Source of the DNA: Hadesarchaea archaeon
GTDB lineage: Archaea; Hadarchaeota; Hadarchaeia; Hadarchaeales; WYZ-LMO6
Reading direction: 5' to 3'
DNA: 64,000 bases
NCBI GenBank assembly: GCA_029259185.1
Contig: JAPDJF010000001.1
Coordinates: forward strand, 1 to 64,000
Each line of letters starts with the position of its first letter. Within the stretch, counting starts at the first letter, position 1. The notes under the pieces were generated by a model. The model was not told the DNA's origin. It saw nothing but the letters and a program-made list of their open reading frames with translations, and did not search any database. Of this stretch, positions 20,037 to 29,983 are shown in pieces. The position numbers and the translations under genes are program-made.

Positions 20037-21578
20037 GTGGAGAAGGTGGATGGAGAGTTACTGGTTCGGAAATTCCGAGATGCAGACCTTTGCCTCACCC
20101 CGGAGGCTCTGGAGTTCCTCCTCAGAATGGAGGGCAAAGAGGTAGAGGAGCTCCTGGAGAAGCTGAAGAAGGTTCGTGATGGTCCTTTCGTTACTCCGGA
20201 GGTGTTGAGAAAAGCCCTAGGTCTTGAAGAGAAACCCTCCAAAGCGGAGGGAGAAGAGGGTGGAGCCACGGGTGGTCGCGCTCCGGAGAGAGGGTTAAAA
20301 GAGCTCTCTCATGGATCAAAACCCCTCGCGGCCGAGATAGATGCTAGGGTGGAGGTAATAAAGGACATAACCGGGAAGAGTTACAGCCGTGGGGAGATCA
20401 GGGATTTCTTGAGTCTATTCCGTGACCGTTACGAGCGTCTCAGCGCGCTTCTAAGGAGGCGAACAGATTTTCAGAATCCGGTTTATATTGAGGAGCTTGG
20501 GAGGATGGAAGGCGAGACGGTTACCGTTATAGGGATGGTAATGAGCAAGCGTGAAACCTCCAGCGGACACCTACTGATCGAAATAGAGGACCTAACGGGG
20601 AGGGCGGCGGTTTGGGTTTTCAAGGGGCAGAGAGAGCTAATGCAGAAGGCCGGTGAGGTGGTACCGGATGAAGTCATAGGAGTAGAAGGAAACGTTCGTC
20701 CAGGCGATAAGATCCCCCGCATCCTAGCCAGAGACATAGTTTGGCCCGACCTGCCGACTCCGAGAGAACCAACGCGCGCTGACGAGCCTGTTTGTGCTGT
20801 GTTGATCTCCGATCTGCATGTGGGGAGCAAAATGTTTCTCGAAGACGTTTTCATGAGGTTCATTAAGTGGCTGAGGGGGGAGCTGGGAAATGCGGATCAC
20901 CGCGAGCTCGCGGGTAGAACGAAGTATGTGGTTATAGCTGGGGATGTGGTGGACGGAATAGGTATCTATCCAAAACAGGAGGAAGAACTCTTGATCCATG
21001 ATATCTTCAGACAGTACGAGGAGGCCGCGAGATTGCTGGAGCAGATCCCTGATCATATAACAATAATAATCTCCCCTGGAAATCACGATGGGGTAAGACC
21101 CTCTGAACCTCAACCGGCTATTTCGAGGGAGGTGGGTGGACGATTGTATGAGCTGAATTCGGTCATGGTCGGAAACCCAGCTTGGGTTTCCCTCCACGGA
21201 GTTAAATTTCTGATCTACCACGGCAGGAGTTTTGATGACCTAGCGGCCACGGTGCCCGGGAGCAGCAGGAGCGATATTTCATCGATGATGATTAAACTAT
21301 TACAAAAGAGACACATGGCCCCGGTCTACGGTGGGAGGGTAGCGGTGGTTCCGGAAGAAAAAGATTTCTTGGTGATAGAGGAAGTTCCAGATGTTTTTCA
21401 CTGTGGTCACGCCCATGTTTACGGGCTCAAAAGCTATCGATCTGTCTGGGCGGTCAACTCGGGGACATTTCAGACGATGACTACTTACATGTGGGAGAGG
21501 GGGATAACTCCGACCCCCGGGATAATCACGGTGATGGATTTACAAAAAAATCAACCGAAGGTGATAAGACTTGCGTGA
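20037..21578 (+). CDS. polB: DNA polymerase D small subunit DP1
   Basis: OB fold, SDLHVGS, AGDVVDG, PGNHD, YHGRS, HCGHAH. Confidence 0.95.
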   Translation: MEKVDGELLVRKFRDADLCLTPEALEFLLRMEGKEVEELLEKLKKVRDGPFVTPEVLRKALGLEEKPSKAEGEEGGATGGRAPERGLKELSHGSKPLAAEIDARVEVIKDITGKSYSRGEIRDFLSLFRDRYERLSALLRRRTDFQNPVYIEELGRMEGETVTVIGMVMSKRETSSGHLLIEIEDLTGRAAVWVFKGQRELMQKAGEVVPDEVIGVEGNVRPGDKIPRILARDIVWPDLPTPREPTRADEPVCAVLISDLHVGSKMFLEDVFMRFIKWLRGELGNADHRELAGRTKYVVIAGDVVDGIGIYPKQEEELLIHDIFRQYEEAARLLEQIPDHITIIISPGNHDGVRPSEPQPAISREVGGRLYELNSVMVGNPAWVSLHGVKFLIYHGRSFDDLAATVPGSSRSDISSMMIKLLQKRHMAPVYGGRVAVVPEEKDFLVIEEVPDVFHCGHAHVYGLKSYRSVWAVNSGTFQTMTTYMWERGITPTPGIITVMDLQKNQPKVIRLA

Positions 21579-22380
21579 GCGAAGAATCGAAAGGGCCTCA
21601 GGATTCATCTTAGACATGGACGGGGTTCTCTACTTGGAAGACTCTCCGATCGAAGGGGCATCGGAGACCGTGAGGAAATGGCGTGAGAAAGGGAAAAAAG
21701 TCATATTCCTAACCAACAACTCCTCCCTCTCAAGGAGGATGTATGTGAAGAAGCTATCCAAGATGGGCATTAGGGCGGACGAGCGAGAGATAATAACCTC
21801 AGCTTACATGACGGCTCTCTATTTGCAGAGGAGGTGTGAGGAAACCTTATTGTATGTGGTTGGGGAGAGAGGGCTCAGAGAGGAGCTAAAGGAGGCGGGA
21901 CTTGAGATGGTTGGAGAGGAGGAGGCGGAAACCGCTACCCATGTGGTGGTGGGAATAGATCGATCGTTTAGCTACGATAAGATAGCGGCCTCATTGAGCG
22001 CCCTCAGCAGAGGGGCCAAACTGATAGCGACGAACCCAGATCCAACCTATCCAACGGGGAGGGGACTCCTACCCGGAGCGGGAGCGATGGTAGCGGCCAT
22101 CTCCAAGTGTTCAGGAAAGAGACCTCTCATCGTGGGCAAACCTTCTCTGAGGATGTATGAGTTCGCTCTCCGTATCTTGGGGATGAAACCGGGTGAGGTG
22201 GTAGCGGTGGGTGATAGGGTTGATTTAGACATCAAACCTGCGAAGAAGCTGGGGATGATCTCGGTGCTGGTTCTCAGCGGGGTGAGCGGGCGTGATTCGC
22301 CGATACCGAAGGAAGCTTATTTCCCTGACTATGTCGTTGATCGGATATCAGATTTGGAGGTGAATCGATGGAAGCGATGA
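21571..22380 (+). CDS. HAD-IIA (NagD-like) phosphatase
   Basis: DMDGVL, LTNNS, ATNPD, GKP, VGDRVDLD. Confidence 0.92.
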   Translation: MRERRIERASGFILDMDGVLYLEDSPIEGASETVRKWREKGKKVIFLTNNSSLSRRMYVKKLSKMGIRADEREIITSAYMTALYLQRRCEETLLYVVGERGLREELKEAGLEMVGEEEAETATHVVVGIDRSFSYDKIAASLSALSRGAKLIATNPDPTYPTGRGLLPGAGAMVAAISKCSGKRPLIVGKPSLRMYEFALRILGMKPGEVVAVGDRVDLDIKPAKKLGMISVLVLSGVSGRDSPIPKEAYFPDYVVDRISDLEVNRWKR

Positions 22381-25300
22381 GTTCGAGAATGAAGGAGTAC
22401 TTTGACGAAATCGAGAGGAAGGTCGAGGAAGCGTATGAGATCGGGAGGAGAGCTCGCTCACTCGGCCTTGATCCCGAGCTGAGTCCAGAGATTCCGATCA
22501 CGCGAGACTTGGCCTCCAGAGTAGAGGAACTCGTGGGTCCACCGGGTGTGGGTGAGGTAATCCGAAGGCTGGAGAAGGAAATGTCGAGAGAGGAGTTGGC
22601 ACTCAAGGTCGCGGAGATGATCGTTGATGGAGAATTGAGTGGGGAGAGAAGTGATGAGAAAAGAGCAGAGCAAGCGATCCGAACTGCGCTCGCGATAATA
22701 ACCGAGGGAATAGCGGTGGCCGCACCCCTTGAAGGGCTAACGCAAGTGAAGATACGGAAGAACTTGGATAAAACCCCATACTTAGCGTTGTACTTTTCGG
22801 GCCCGATAAGATCCGCAGGGGGGACAGCGGCTTCGCTTGCTGTTCTTACGGGCGACTTTGTCCGCAGGAAGTTGCTCCTGGAGCCGTTTAAACCGACGGA
22901 GGAGGAAGTTGAGAGATTCGTGGAAGAGGTTAATCTCTACGCTAGCGAGGTAGCCCATCTCCAATACACTCCTCCTTCCGCCGATGACATACGCCTCGCG
23001 GTGCGCAACCTTCCGATAGAACTTACCGGAGAACCCACGAGGCGGGATGTGATGGTGACGGCTCACAGGGATCTTCCTAGGATCGGGCATAACTTCGTTC
23101 GGGGCGGGGCGGTCTTGGCACTCGTTGAAGGGGTGTTGCAGAAGGCTCCGAAGATCCTGAAATACGTTAAAAAACTGGGGATCGATGGCTGGGAGTGGCT
23201 TGAGGAGCTGGTGGGCAGGATCCCGGCTACGGATGAGGAAGTGGAAGTGCCGAGGGGAGACAAATATTTGGAAGAAGTGATAGGAGGCAGACCGGTGATA
23301 TCCCATCCAGGCAAACCTGGTGGACTGAGGCTTAGGTATGGGAGGTCTAGGAACACGGGAATAGCGGCACTGGGACTTCACCCCGCAACGATGGTGATTT
23401 TGGGTGGATTCCTAGCGGTTGGAACTCAACTCAAGATCGAGCGTCCAGGTAAGGGGGGAGCCGTGGCCCCAGTGGACTGTATAGAGGGACCAATAGTGAA
23501 GCTCGTGGACGGGTCGGTGGTGCAAGTCTCGTCGGTGGAGGAGGCCCAAGAGTTGGTTGGCAAGGTCAAGGAGGTGATTTCACTCGGGGATTTGCTCGTG
23601 GGGTTCGGGGAATTCTTGGAGAATAATCATCCATTAATGGTAGCGGGGTACTCTGAAGAATGGTGGGCTCAGGAGGTCGAGCGAGCGCTCACTAAACAGG
23701 CATTCGGTAGAGATCTCTCCCCTTACCTTTCTCCTCCTTATCCGAAGCCACCTGCGAGGCTCGCGATAGAAATTTCAGAGAGGCTTGGGGTTCCACTTCA
23801 TCCAGCTTACACGTACTTTTTCCACGATGTGGGCGTCCCGGAGTTGCTTGACTTAGCTAGGTGGCTTGCTGAGGGGAAAGCGGAATTCAAGGATGGCGAA
23901 CTACAAATGTTGGTTTTGTCGTTCAACGAAAGGGCTAAGCGGATACTGGAATTGCTCGGTGTACCCCATCGGGTTGAGGGGGGGGAGGTAAAAGTGGGGG
24001 AGCACGCTTTGCCCCTCTGCAGGTTGTTAGGAATGTTGGGAAGAGGTGAACTGACGGATGAAAAACTCAAGAAGTTGGCGAGGGAGAAGCCGGGTGTAGA
24101 TGCAGTGGAGTTCGTCCAGGAGCTGGCAGGGTTCCCGATAAGGAAGAAGGCCCCAACCAGAATAGGGTGCAAGATGGGTAGACCCGAAAAAGCGAGTCCT
24201 AGGGAGATGAGACCTCCGCCCCACCTGTTATTTCCCGTGAGTTCCAAAGGGGGGCCGACGAGGAGTGTGGTGAAAGCGGCGATGAGCGATGAGGTTTGGG
24301 TAGAGATCGCCCACCTCCAGTGTCCCGCATGTAAAACGGTGGGATTCTCTAGGAAGTGTCCGAATTGCGGGCAGCAGATGGAGTTCGTAAAGACGTGCCC
24401 TAGGTGCGCCCGGCAATCGACGGAGGAGAGGTGTCCTACGTGCAGGGTCAGAACGGAGTACTTCAGCAAAAGGAGGGTGGAAATCGGTAAGCTCTTGGAA
24501 GAGGCTCAGCGGAGACTCGGGGAGAAGGCCCCGGCGGGACTCAAGGGGGTAAGGGGCATGTCAAGTGCTTGTAAGATCCCTGAGCTCCTCGAGAAGGGGA
24601 TCTTGAGGGCAAAGCACGGCTTACATGTGTTCAAGGATGGTACCGTTCGCTTCGACGCGACGAATCTCCCACTAACCCACTTCCGCCCGAGGGAGATAGG
24701 AATTTCGGTGGGGAGGTTGATAGAACTCGGTTATACGCGTGACTACTTAGGACAACCACTTGAAAGAGACGACCAGATACTCGAACTCAAGGTTCAGGAT
24801 CTAATCCTCTCAGAGAGTTGTGCGGACTACATGCTCAGGGCATCGAAGTTCGTAGATGAATTGCTCCAGAAGGTGTACCATCTTCCCCCTTATTACAATG
24901 CTTCCAAGAAGGAGGACTTGGTGGGCCACCTCGTGATCGGCCTTGCCCCCCATACTTCGGTGGGAGTGGTCGGAAGAATAGTAGGGTTTACCAAAGCGAA
25001 CGTGGGATACGCACATCCATATTTCCACGCGGCGAAAAGAAGGGATTGCGATGGTGATGAGGATGCGGTGATGCTTTTGCTGGACGCCCTCCTCAATTTT
25101 AGCAAACGTTTTCTTCCGGCCACGCGAGGAGGATTTATGGATGCCCCCCTGATCCTCAATGTCCACATCAATCCTAGGGAAGTGGATAAAGAGGTACACA
25201 ACATGGATACGATGTTTAGATATCCGTTGGAGTTCTACGAGGCTACCCTCAGGTTCGCCCATCCGTCTGAGGTGGTGCACCTCGTGGAAACCGTGGAACG

Positions 25301-25799
25301 TCGGCTCGGGAGCGAGACCCAATATGAGGGGCTGACCTTCAGCGTCGATACCTCCGACATAGCTAAAGGGCCCCTCGTCTCAAGTTATTCGATTCTCGAG
25401 AGTATGGAGGAGAAAACATTAGCACAGCTGGAGCTCGCAAGACGAATCCGGGCCGTTGACGAGCGAGATGTAGCCGAACGTGTAATAGAACACCATTTCA
25501 TTCCAGATTTGAGGGGGAATTTGCGCAAGTTTTCGAGTCAGCAGTTCAGATGCACGGGATGCAATGCAAAATATCGCCGTATTCCACTTGGGGGATCTTG
25601 TCCTGAGTGTGGGGGAAACCTCGTTTTGACCGTTTCGAGGGGTACGGTGGAAAAATACCTAAACATGGCAATGAAGGTGGCTGATGAGTTTCAAGTCAGA
25701 GAGTACACTAAGCAGTGTTTGAAGCTCGTTGAGAAAGACATAAAATCTGTCTTCGAAAGCGATGCCCAAAAGCAAGTGAGTTTGGCAGATTTTCTGTAG
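22368..25799 (+). CDS. polC: DNA polymerase D large subunit DP2
   Basis: GPIRSAGGT, RLRYGRSR, HAAKRRDCDGDED, C-terminal PIP-like QVSLADF. Confidence 0.97.
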   Translation: MEAMSSRMKEYFDEIERKVEEAYEIGRRARSLGLDPELSPEIPITRDLASRVEELVGPPGVGEVIRRLEKEMSREELALKVAEMIVDGELSGERSDEKRAEQAIRTALAIITEGIAVAAPLEGLTQVKIRKNLDKTPYLALYFSGPIRSAGGTAASLAVLTGDFVRRKLLLEPFKPTEEEVERFVEEVNLYASEVAHLQYTPPSADDIRLAVRNLPIELTGEPTRRDVMVTAHRDLPRIGHNFVRGGAVLALVEGVLQKAPKILKYVKKLGIDGWEWLEELVGRIPATDEEVEVPRGDKYLEEVIGGRPVISHPGKPGGLRLRYGRSRNTGIAALGLHPATMVILGGFLAVGTQLKIERPGKGGAVAPVDCIEGPIVKLVDGSVVQVSSVEEAQELVGKVKEVISLGDLLVGFGEFLENNHPLMVAGYSEEWWAQEVERALTKQAFGRDLSPYLSPPYPKPPARLAIEISERLGVPLHPAYTYFFHDVGVPELLDLARWLAEGKAEFKDGELQMLVLSFNERAKRILELLGVPHRVEGGEVKVGEHALPLCRLLGMLGRGELTDEKLKKLAREKPGVDAVEFVQELAGFPIRKKAPTRIGCKMGRPEKASPREMRPPPHLLFPVSSKGGPTRSVVKAAMSDEVWVEIAHLQCPACKTVGFSRKCPNCGQQMEFVKTCPRCARQSTEERCPTCRVRTEYFSKRRVEIGKLLEEAQRRLGEKAPAGLKGVRGMSSACKIPELLEKGILRAKHGLHVFKDGTVRFDATNLPLTHFRPREIGISVGRLIELGYTRDYLGQPLERDDQILELKVQDLILSESCADYMLRASKFVDELLQKVYHLPPYYNASKKEDLVGHLVIGLAPHTSVGVVGRIVGFTKANVGYAHPYFHAAKRRDCDGDEDAVMLLLDALLNFSKRFLPATRGGFMDAPLILNVHINPREVDKEVHNMDTMFRYPLEFYEATLRFAHPSEVVHLVETVERRLGSETQYEGLTFSVDTSDIAKGPLVSSYSILESMEEKTLAQLELARRIRAVDERDVAERVIEHHFIPDLRGNLRKFSSQQFRCTGCNAKYRRIPLGGSCPECGGNLVLTVSRGTVEKYLNMAMKVADEFQVREYTKQCLKLVEKDIKSVFESDAQKQVSLADFL

Positions 25800-25846
25800 T
25801 CGGTTCTGGGGATCGTCATTTATTTTTGAAGGGGAGAATTGTTTTG

Positions 25847-25931
25847 GCCGGGGTAGCCTAGCCAGGTAAGGCGACAGCCTCGAGAGCTGTTGACCCATCG
25901 GGTCTCGAGGGTTCGAATCCCTCCCCCGGCG
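25847..25931 (+). tRNA. tRNA-Ser(CGA)
   Basis: GCCGGGG acceptor, ACAGC-CT-CGA-GA-GCTGT, long variable arm, TTCGAAT. Confidence 0.95.
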
Positions 25932-26095
25932 CTGTAGCAAAGTGAAGGATATCCCCTTTGATGGGGGATTCAATGGGAATTTTCCTTCGGATCTTGAAAT
26001 TCATTTAGCGCTACAATTAGAGCAGATGCCGGTGGGTTCTAATCTGGTTCAAAATTTACAGGATTATTTCGAAAAATGTTCTCCAATACCTAATT

Positions 26096-26186
26096 GCTGG
26101 CGGGGCTGTTCCCCGGCGTGTGGACACCCGTTTCATTGTAAAATACTCGAGGGGCCATGGCTACCGGGGGCTAACACCCCGCCAGC
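26096..26186. ncRNA. Candidate structured ncRNA (long GC-rich hairpin)
   Basis: GCTGGCGGGG/CCCCGCCAGC, TGTT/AACA and CCCCGG/CCGGGG stems within an AT-rich intergenic region. Confidence 0.45.
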
Positions 26187-26250
26187 GATTATTTTGGATA
26201 TAAAACATGTTTTAATCTAACGGCTAAATACTCAATCAGGAAACGTTAGG

Positions 26251-26326
26251 GCCGCCGTAGCTCAGCCGGTAGAGCGACCGCCTCGTAAGCGGTAGGTCGT
26301 GGGTTCAAAGCCCACCGGCGGCTCCA
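26251..26326 (+). tRNA. tRNA-Thr(CGT), CCA encoded
   Basis: GCCGCCG acceptor, ACCGC-CT-CGT-AA-GCGGT, TTCAAAG T-loop. Confidence 0.95.
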
Positions 26327-26334
26327 GATTTTGG

Positions 26335-26565
26335 TTACATCTTCTCCAACAGCTCGAAGAATTTTTCTCGAGTGAGCTCCGCCTCCCGGATTATCGCCCT
26401 CACAAGTGCTGGCTTGACCTCTTTGCCCGGATGAACTGGGACAACAGTGCGCATGTTCCCTTTCATCAGGATAACATGAGAACCCTTCCTTCTTACGACC
26501 TGAAATCCTTCATGGATCAATATTTTGATGAGCTTCTCAGCTGGAACGGGTCCGATTTTAGGTAT
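26335..26565 (-). CDS. hicA: HicA-family toxin
   Basis: (M)PKIGPVPAEKLIKIL..GF..RKGSH..VVPVH; apparent ATA start. Confidence 0.85.
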   Translation of the reverse strand: MPKIGPVPAEKLIKILIHEGFQVVRRKGSHVILMKGNMRTVVPVHPGKEVKPALVRAIIREAELTREKFFELLEKM

Positions 26566-26797
26566 GAACCTCTACTTTTTGTAATCCTACAACTGACTGA
26601 GCCATTTTGAGAACTTCTGATTTCTCCTCTTCATCCAAGGTTTCTAGGTAGAGCTCAATCGCTTCTTCAACGTTTTTCATCAACTCTTCGAGCGTTTCGC
26701 CTTGCGTGTGGCACCCGGGTAGGGAAGGAACAAACGCCACATACCCGCCCGTTTCATCTTTTTGAACCACGACATCAAACATCAATCTCTTGGCCAT
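26558..26797 (-). CDS. hicB: HicB-family antitoxin
   Basis: GGYVAFVPSLPGCHTQGETLEEL..NVEEAIELYL. Confidence 0.92.
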   Translation of the reverse strand: MAKRLMFDVVVQKDETGGYVAFVPSLPGCHTQGETLEELMKNVEEAIELYLETLDEEEKSEVLKMAQSVVGLQKVEVHT

Positions 26798-27158
26798 GCT
26801 CTCTCCAACCGCTACTTTATGTGAATCTGAGTATAAAATCTATTTCTGGAAGTTCTAGACTCTGAATATTGCTCAACTTCCAGTTTGACAAGCAATTATA
26901 AGGGGTGTTGAGCCAGGAGGCAAGTGGGAGAAACCTCTGTCCCTTATACTTCTGGTGAGAAACCCACCGGCGAAAAGGCTTTGAAGGTGCTCACCTACTT
27001 CTTTGAGAACCCGCGAGAGGAAGTTTACTTGCGGGAACTGGCGCGCCGGCTACGGATGAGCCCAGCAACTGTTATGCGAGCTCTGCGTCTCCTCATTAGA
27101 GAAGGCTTGATAACCAAGCGCCCGGAGAAGCACGCCACCTATTTCAAGGCCAACCTTA

Positions 27159-28263
27159 ACAGTTATGTAAAGTAACAGAACTTCAAAGTTGTAAAGTATT
27201 TATATTTCAATAGGAAACGAGAGATAGGGCGATGAGACAGCTGTTTGTCAGAAGGCTCACCAAGCGGGAGAGGGACTTCGTTTACAGACTCATCGAGGAC
27301 AAGCGGTACAGAGCGCGGGGGCTCGTGATCGCGCTGAGCTACGAGGGCTATCCTGTAGACATGATTGCTAGAAAGGTCAATATGCACCCGGTCAACGTGA
27401 GGAAGTGGATACGGAGGTTCAACCGATCCGGTGTCGAGGGCATTGCTCCCCAGAAGGTCGGGAGGAAGCCGAAGCTGGACAAGCGGACGGAGGATCGGAT
27501 CGTCGCGATCGCGCTGATCGACCCGGAAGCGCTGGGGCTCCGATTCTCGACTTGGAGCCTGCGCAAGCTGAGCGCCTATCTGAGATCAAGGGGGATAGCC
27601 GACCTGAGCCACACCCAGCTCAGAACCATCCTGACGAGCAGGGGGTTGAGGTTCAGGCGGAGCAGGGCCAAGCTCATTTCCCGAGACCCCGAGTACGAGG
27701 CCAAAAAGCGCAGAATTCAGCGCCTGCTGAGACACCCCAACTGCAGGGTCATGTTCGAGGACGAGAAGCGTCTGGTGGCCAAGGAGTACGGCGGGTGAAG
27801 CTGGTGTAGGAAGGCAAAAGTGGTGGAGCTGAACCAGCGGACGCGGGGGAAGGAGATTCTCTTCGTCGCCTACGACCCGCACCGGCATCGGATCGTGAGG
27901 CGGTACACACCGAACATGCACGCGCGGTGCTTTGTCGAGTTCCTGAAGCTCCTGTCGCGCACGACCGACGAGGACATCTATCTGATCTTGGACAACCATC
28001 CATCTCATCGCTCGAGGGAGGCCGGGGAGGTGTTCGCGAAGGGCAAGATAAAGCCCGTGTGGTTGCCGAAACATGCGCCCGAGCTGAACGATGTGGACAA
28101 GATCATCTTCTCTCTTCTTCAGCGGGAGGTCATTCAGAACCGGAAGTTCAGGTCGCTCGATGAGATGGAGCGATGCATCGACCGATGGATAAGAGGGTTC
28201 AACTCCTCACACAGAATAAATCCAAGTTTACAAAATTGAAGCACAATTATTTTACAATACTCT
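27159..28263 (+). mobile_element. IS630-family element, 1105 bp, TA duplication
   Basis: TA at 27157-58 and 28264-65; imperfect 17-bp TIR ACAGTTATGTAAAGTAA / AGAGTATTGTAAAATAA. Confidence 0.9.
27232..28239 (+). CDS. IS630 transposase with a single in-frame TGA at 27796-27798
   Basis: HTH domains, FEDE, LILDNHPSH, WLPKHAPELN; the two ORFs are in the same frame. Confidence 0.8.
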
Positions 28264-28640
28264 TAACCCATGCTTCAGAGAGTTGAAGAAAGCGTATACG
28301 GTTTCCAAAATCTTGCGCTCCGGAGTCCTTGGACTCCTCAGCGAGAAATCGGTTGGTCTGAGTTCAATACTGCTCTACGGTAGCGCTGCTAAGGGTGAAG
28401 ACGACCGAGAAAGCGATTACGACTTTTTGGTAATCGCCGCAAGATGTACCGCGAAAAGTAGTGAGCTCTTGAGGCTCCTAGGAAGAGAGGTCACCCTGCA
28501 GGTCTTCGACGCAGCGGGCTGGAAGCGAGTAGCAAAACGAAATCGAGCATTCTACCTAGACGTTATAAGCAGCTCCATTGTCCTTTATGGTGAAAAGCCG
28601 GTGATCGATTGACGCTTAGGGATTGTTTCGCGCTGACAAA

Positions 28641-28935
28641 GTGGCGGATGCTTACATCTGCAAGGTAACATCCGTAGGTCAAATAACCTTACCAAAAGAA
28701 ATTAGAAAGGAGCTAAACATCAAAGGAGACGATTTCGTTATTTTGGAGAAAATCGGGAAAACATATTTTCTCAGAAAGGTCGGGATCGAGAAAGACATTT
28801 TGAAAAAATTAGGGCACGAGTGAAGAAGAGTGCCATAACGGGGAACAAATTGTTTAAGATCTTCGAGAATATTTCCGAAGACGTGTGGAGAAAAACTTAT
28901 GAAAGTGTTCGTTGACGCGAACACTATTGTAAGTT
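28641..28935 (+). pseudogene. Decayed AbrB/MazE antitoxin (frameshift in A-run) plus truncated PIN toxin start
   Basis: KVTSVGQITLPKEIR; alternate frame continues to YESVR* overlapping MKVFVDANTIVS, which then loses PIN similarity. Confidence 0.7.
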
Positions 28936-29007
28936 TGGTGACATGTGGTGGGACTTTTTTCTCAATCCGAAACTCAACCACTTTTTTGCCTGTGGGAGAA
29001 AGGAGAA

Positions 29008-29799
29008 ATGATGTCCAAGAAGAGGAGATGTGGGATAATCGCGGTTGGAAACGAAATCTTGCAAGGCTATGTTCGAGACTCGAATTCCTTTTGGCTTGCT
29101 AGGAGACTCAACAATTTAGGGTTCGATGTGGAGAGAATTTTCGTTGTCGGAGACGTGATAAACGATATAGTCGATGTCTTGGATTCAGCTTTGAGGCTAG
29201 GACTGGATTTGATATTCGTTTGTGGAGGAGTGGGCGGAACCCCGGATGATAGGACTGTGACCGCAGTGGCACAGGCCTTGGGTCTCGAGTTGGTAAGAGA
29301 CGAAACCGTCTTAGGGGAGATCCAGAAAAAAATAGAGCTTTTAAAGAAGAAGAATTTCGAGATAGAACTATCCAAGTGGATTCTGAAAATGGCGTATATC
29401 CCTAAAGGAAGCATTCCGTTGAAAAACAGCCTAGGTTTTGCTCCTGGAATAATGATCGAGCTTCAGGGAACGAAGATCTTCGTTCTCCCGGGAGTGCCTG
29501 TTGAGATGAAGACGGTTTTCGCTGAGGAAGTTGAGCCTAAACTAGGTTTCGGTGAGAGAAGGGTGATGCGGGAAGTCAAATTAGATTCTGAAGAAACTAA
29601 ATTCAGTGGGATCGTGGAAAGATTGGAGAAAAAGCATGAAGGCGTGACCATAGGCATGTATCCTCACTTCGGAAAAATGCAGGTGATAATTAGGATCATC
29701 GGAGACGAACGGGAAGTAAAAAATGTGGAAAGGGAGATAATCGAGAAAGCGAAAAGGCTTGGGGTAGGTTTTTCTTCGGTGACCGATGATTTCGAGTGA
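29008..29799 (+). CDS. CinA-like molybdopterin-binding domain protein
   Basis: IAVGNEILQG..DSN, GGVGGTPDD.T, APG, LPGVP.EM. Confidence 0.88.
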   Translation: MMSKKRRCGIIAVGNEILQGYVRDSNSFWLARRLNNLGFDVERIFVVGDVINDIVDVLDSALRLGLDLIFVCGGVGGTPDDRTVTAVAQALGLELVRDETVLGEIQKKIELLKKKNFEIELSKWILKMAYIPKGSIPLKNSLGFAPGIMIELQGTKIFVLPGVPVEMKTVFAEEVEPKLGFGERRVMREVKLDSEETKFSGIVERLEKKHEGVTIGMYPHFGKMQVIIRIIGDEREVKNVEREIIEKAKRLGVGFSSVTDDFE

Positions 29800-29983
29800 A
29801 CTACCCCTCCTCACGGAAGGAGCTTCTCCGACCGTGCCTTCGCAGCTTGGGGAACTCCAGCACGGAACCCCTTTACGGAGACCTCTGTCCCAGAGGCGTC
29901 CCCGACAAAGAAATATCACCAAAAGTGTGTATATGAATTGCGGGCTCTCATCCCCTCCCTTTCGAACTTCCCGTCCGCATCGG
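29796..29983 (-). mobile_element. IS200/IS605-derived non-autonomous mini element (tnpB-type right end retained)
   Basis: Minus strand ends GAAGCTCCTTCCGTGAGGAGGGGTAGTTCAC; other end GAAAGGGAGGGGATGAGAG resembles the end of the tnpB remnant at ~51630. Confidence 0.6.

Larger units (their letters stand above)
26924..28612 (+). pseudogene. wHTH + minimal nucleotidyltransferase (MNT) gene interrupted by IS630
   Basis: Removing 27159-28265 rejoins FKANL|NPCFRELKK in frame; LYGSAAKG.D...SDYD motif. Confidence 0.85.

Noticed and set aside
22368-25799. Intein in DP2
   Set aside because: The catalytic region HAAKRRDCDGDED is uninterrupted and the length is typical
26096-26186. tRNA-Sec or split tRNA half
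   Set aside because: No T-loop (TTCRA) or cloverleaf on either strand
27796-27798. Selenocysteine or genome-wide TGA recoding
   Set aside because: TGA terminates many conserved genes here at expected positions, and no SECIS evidence is visible
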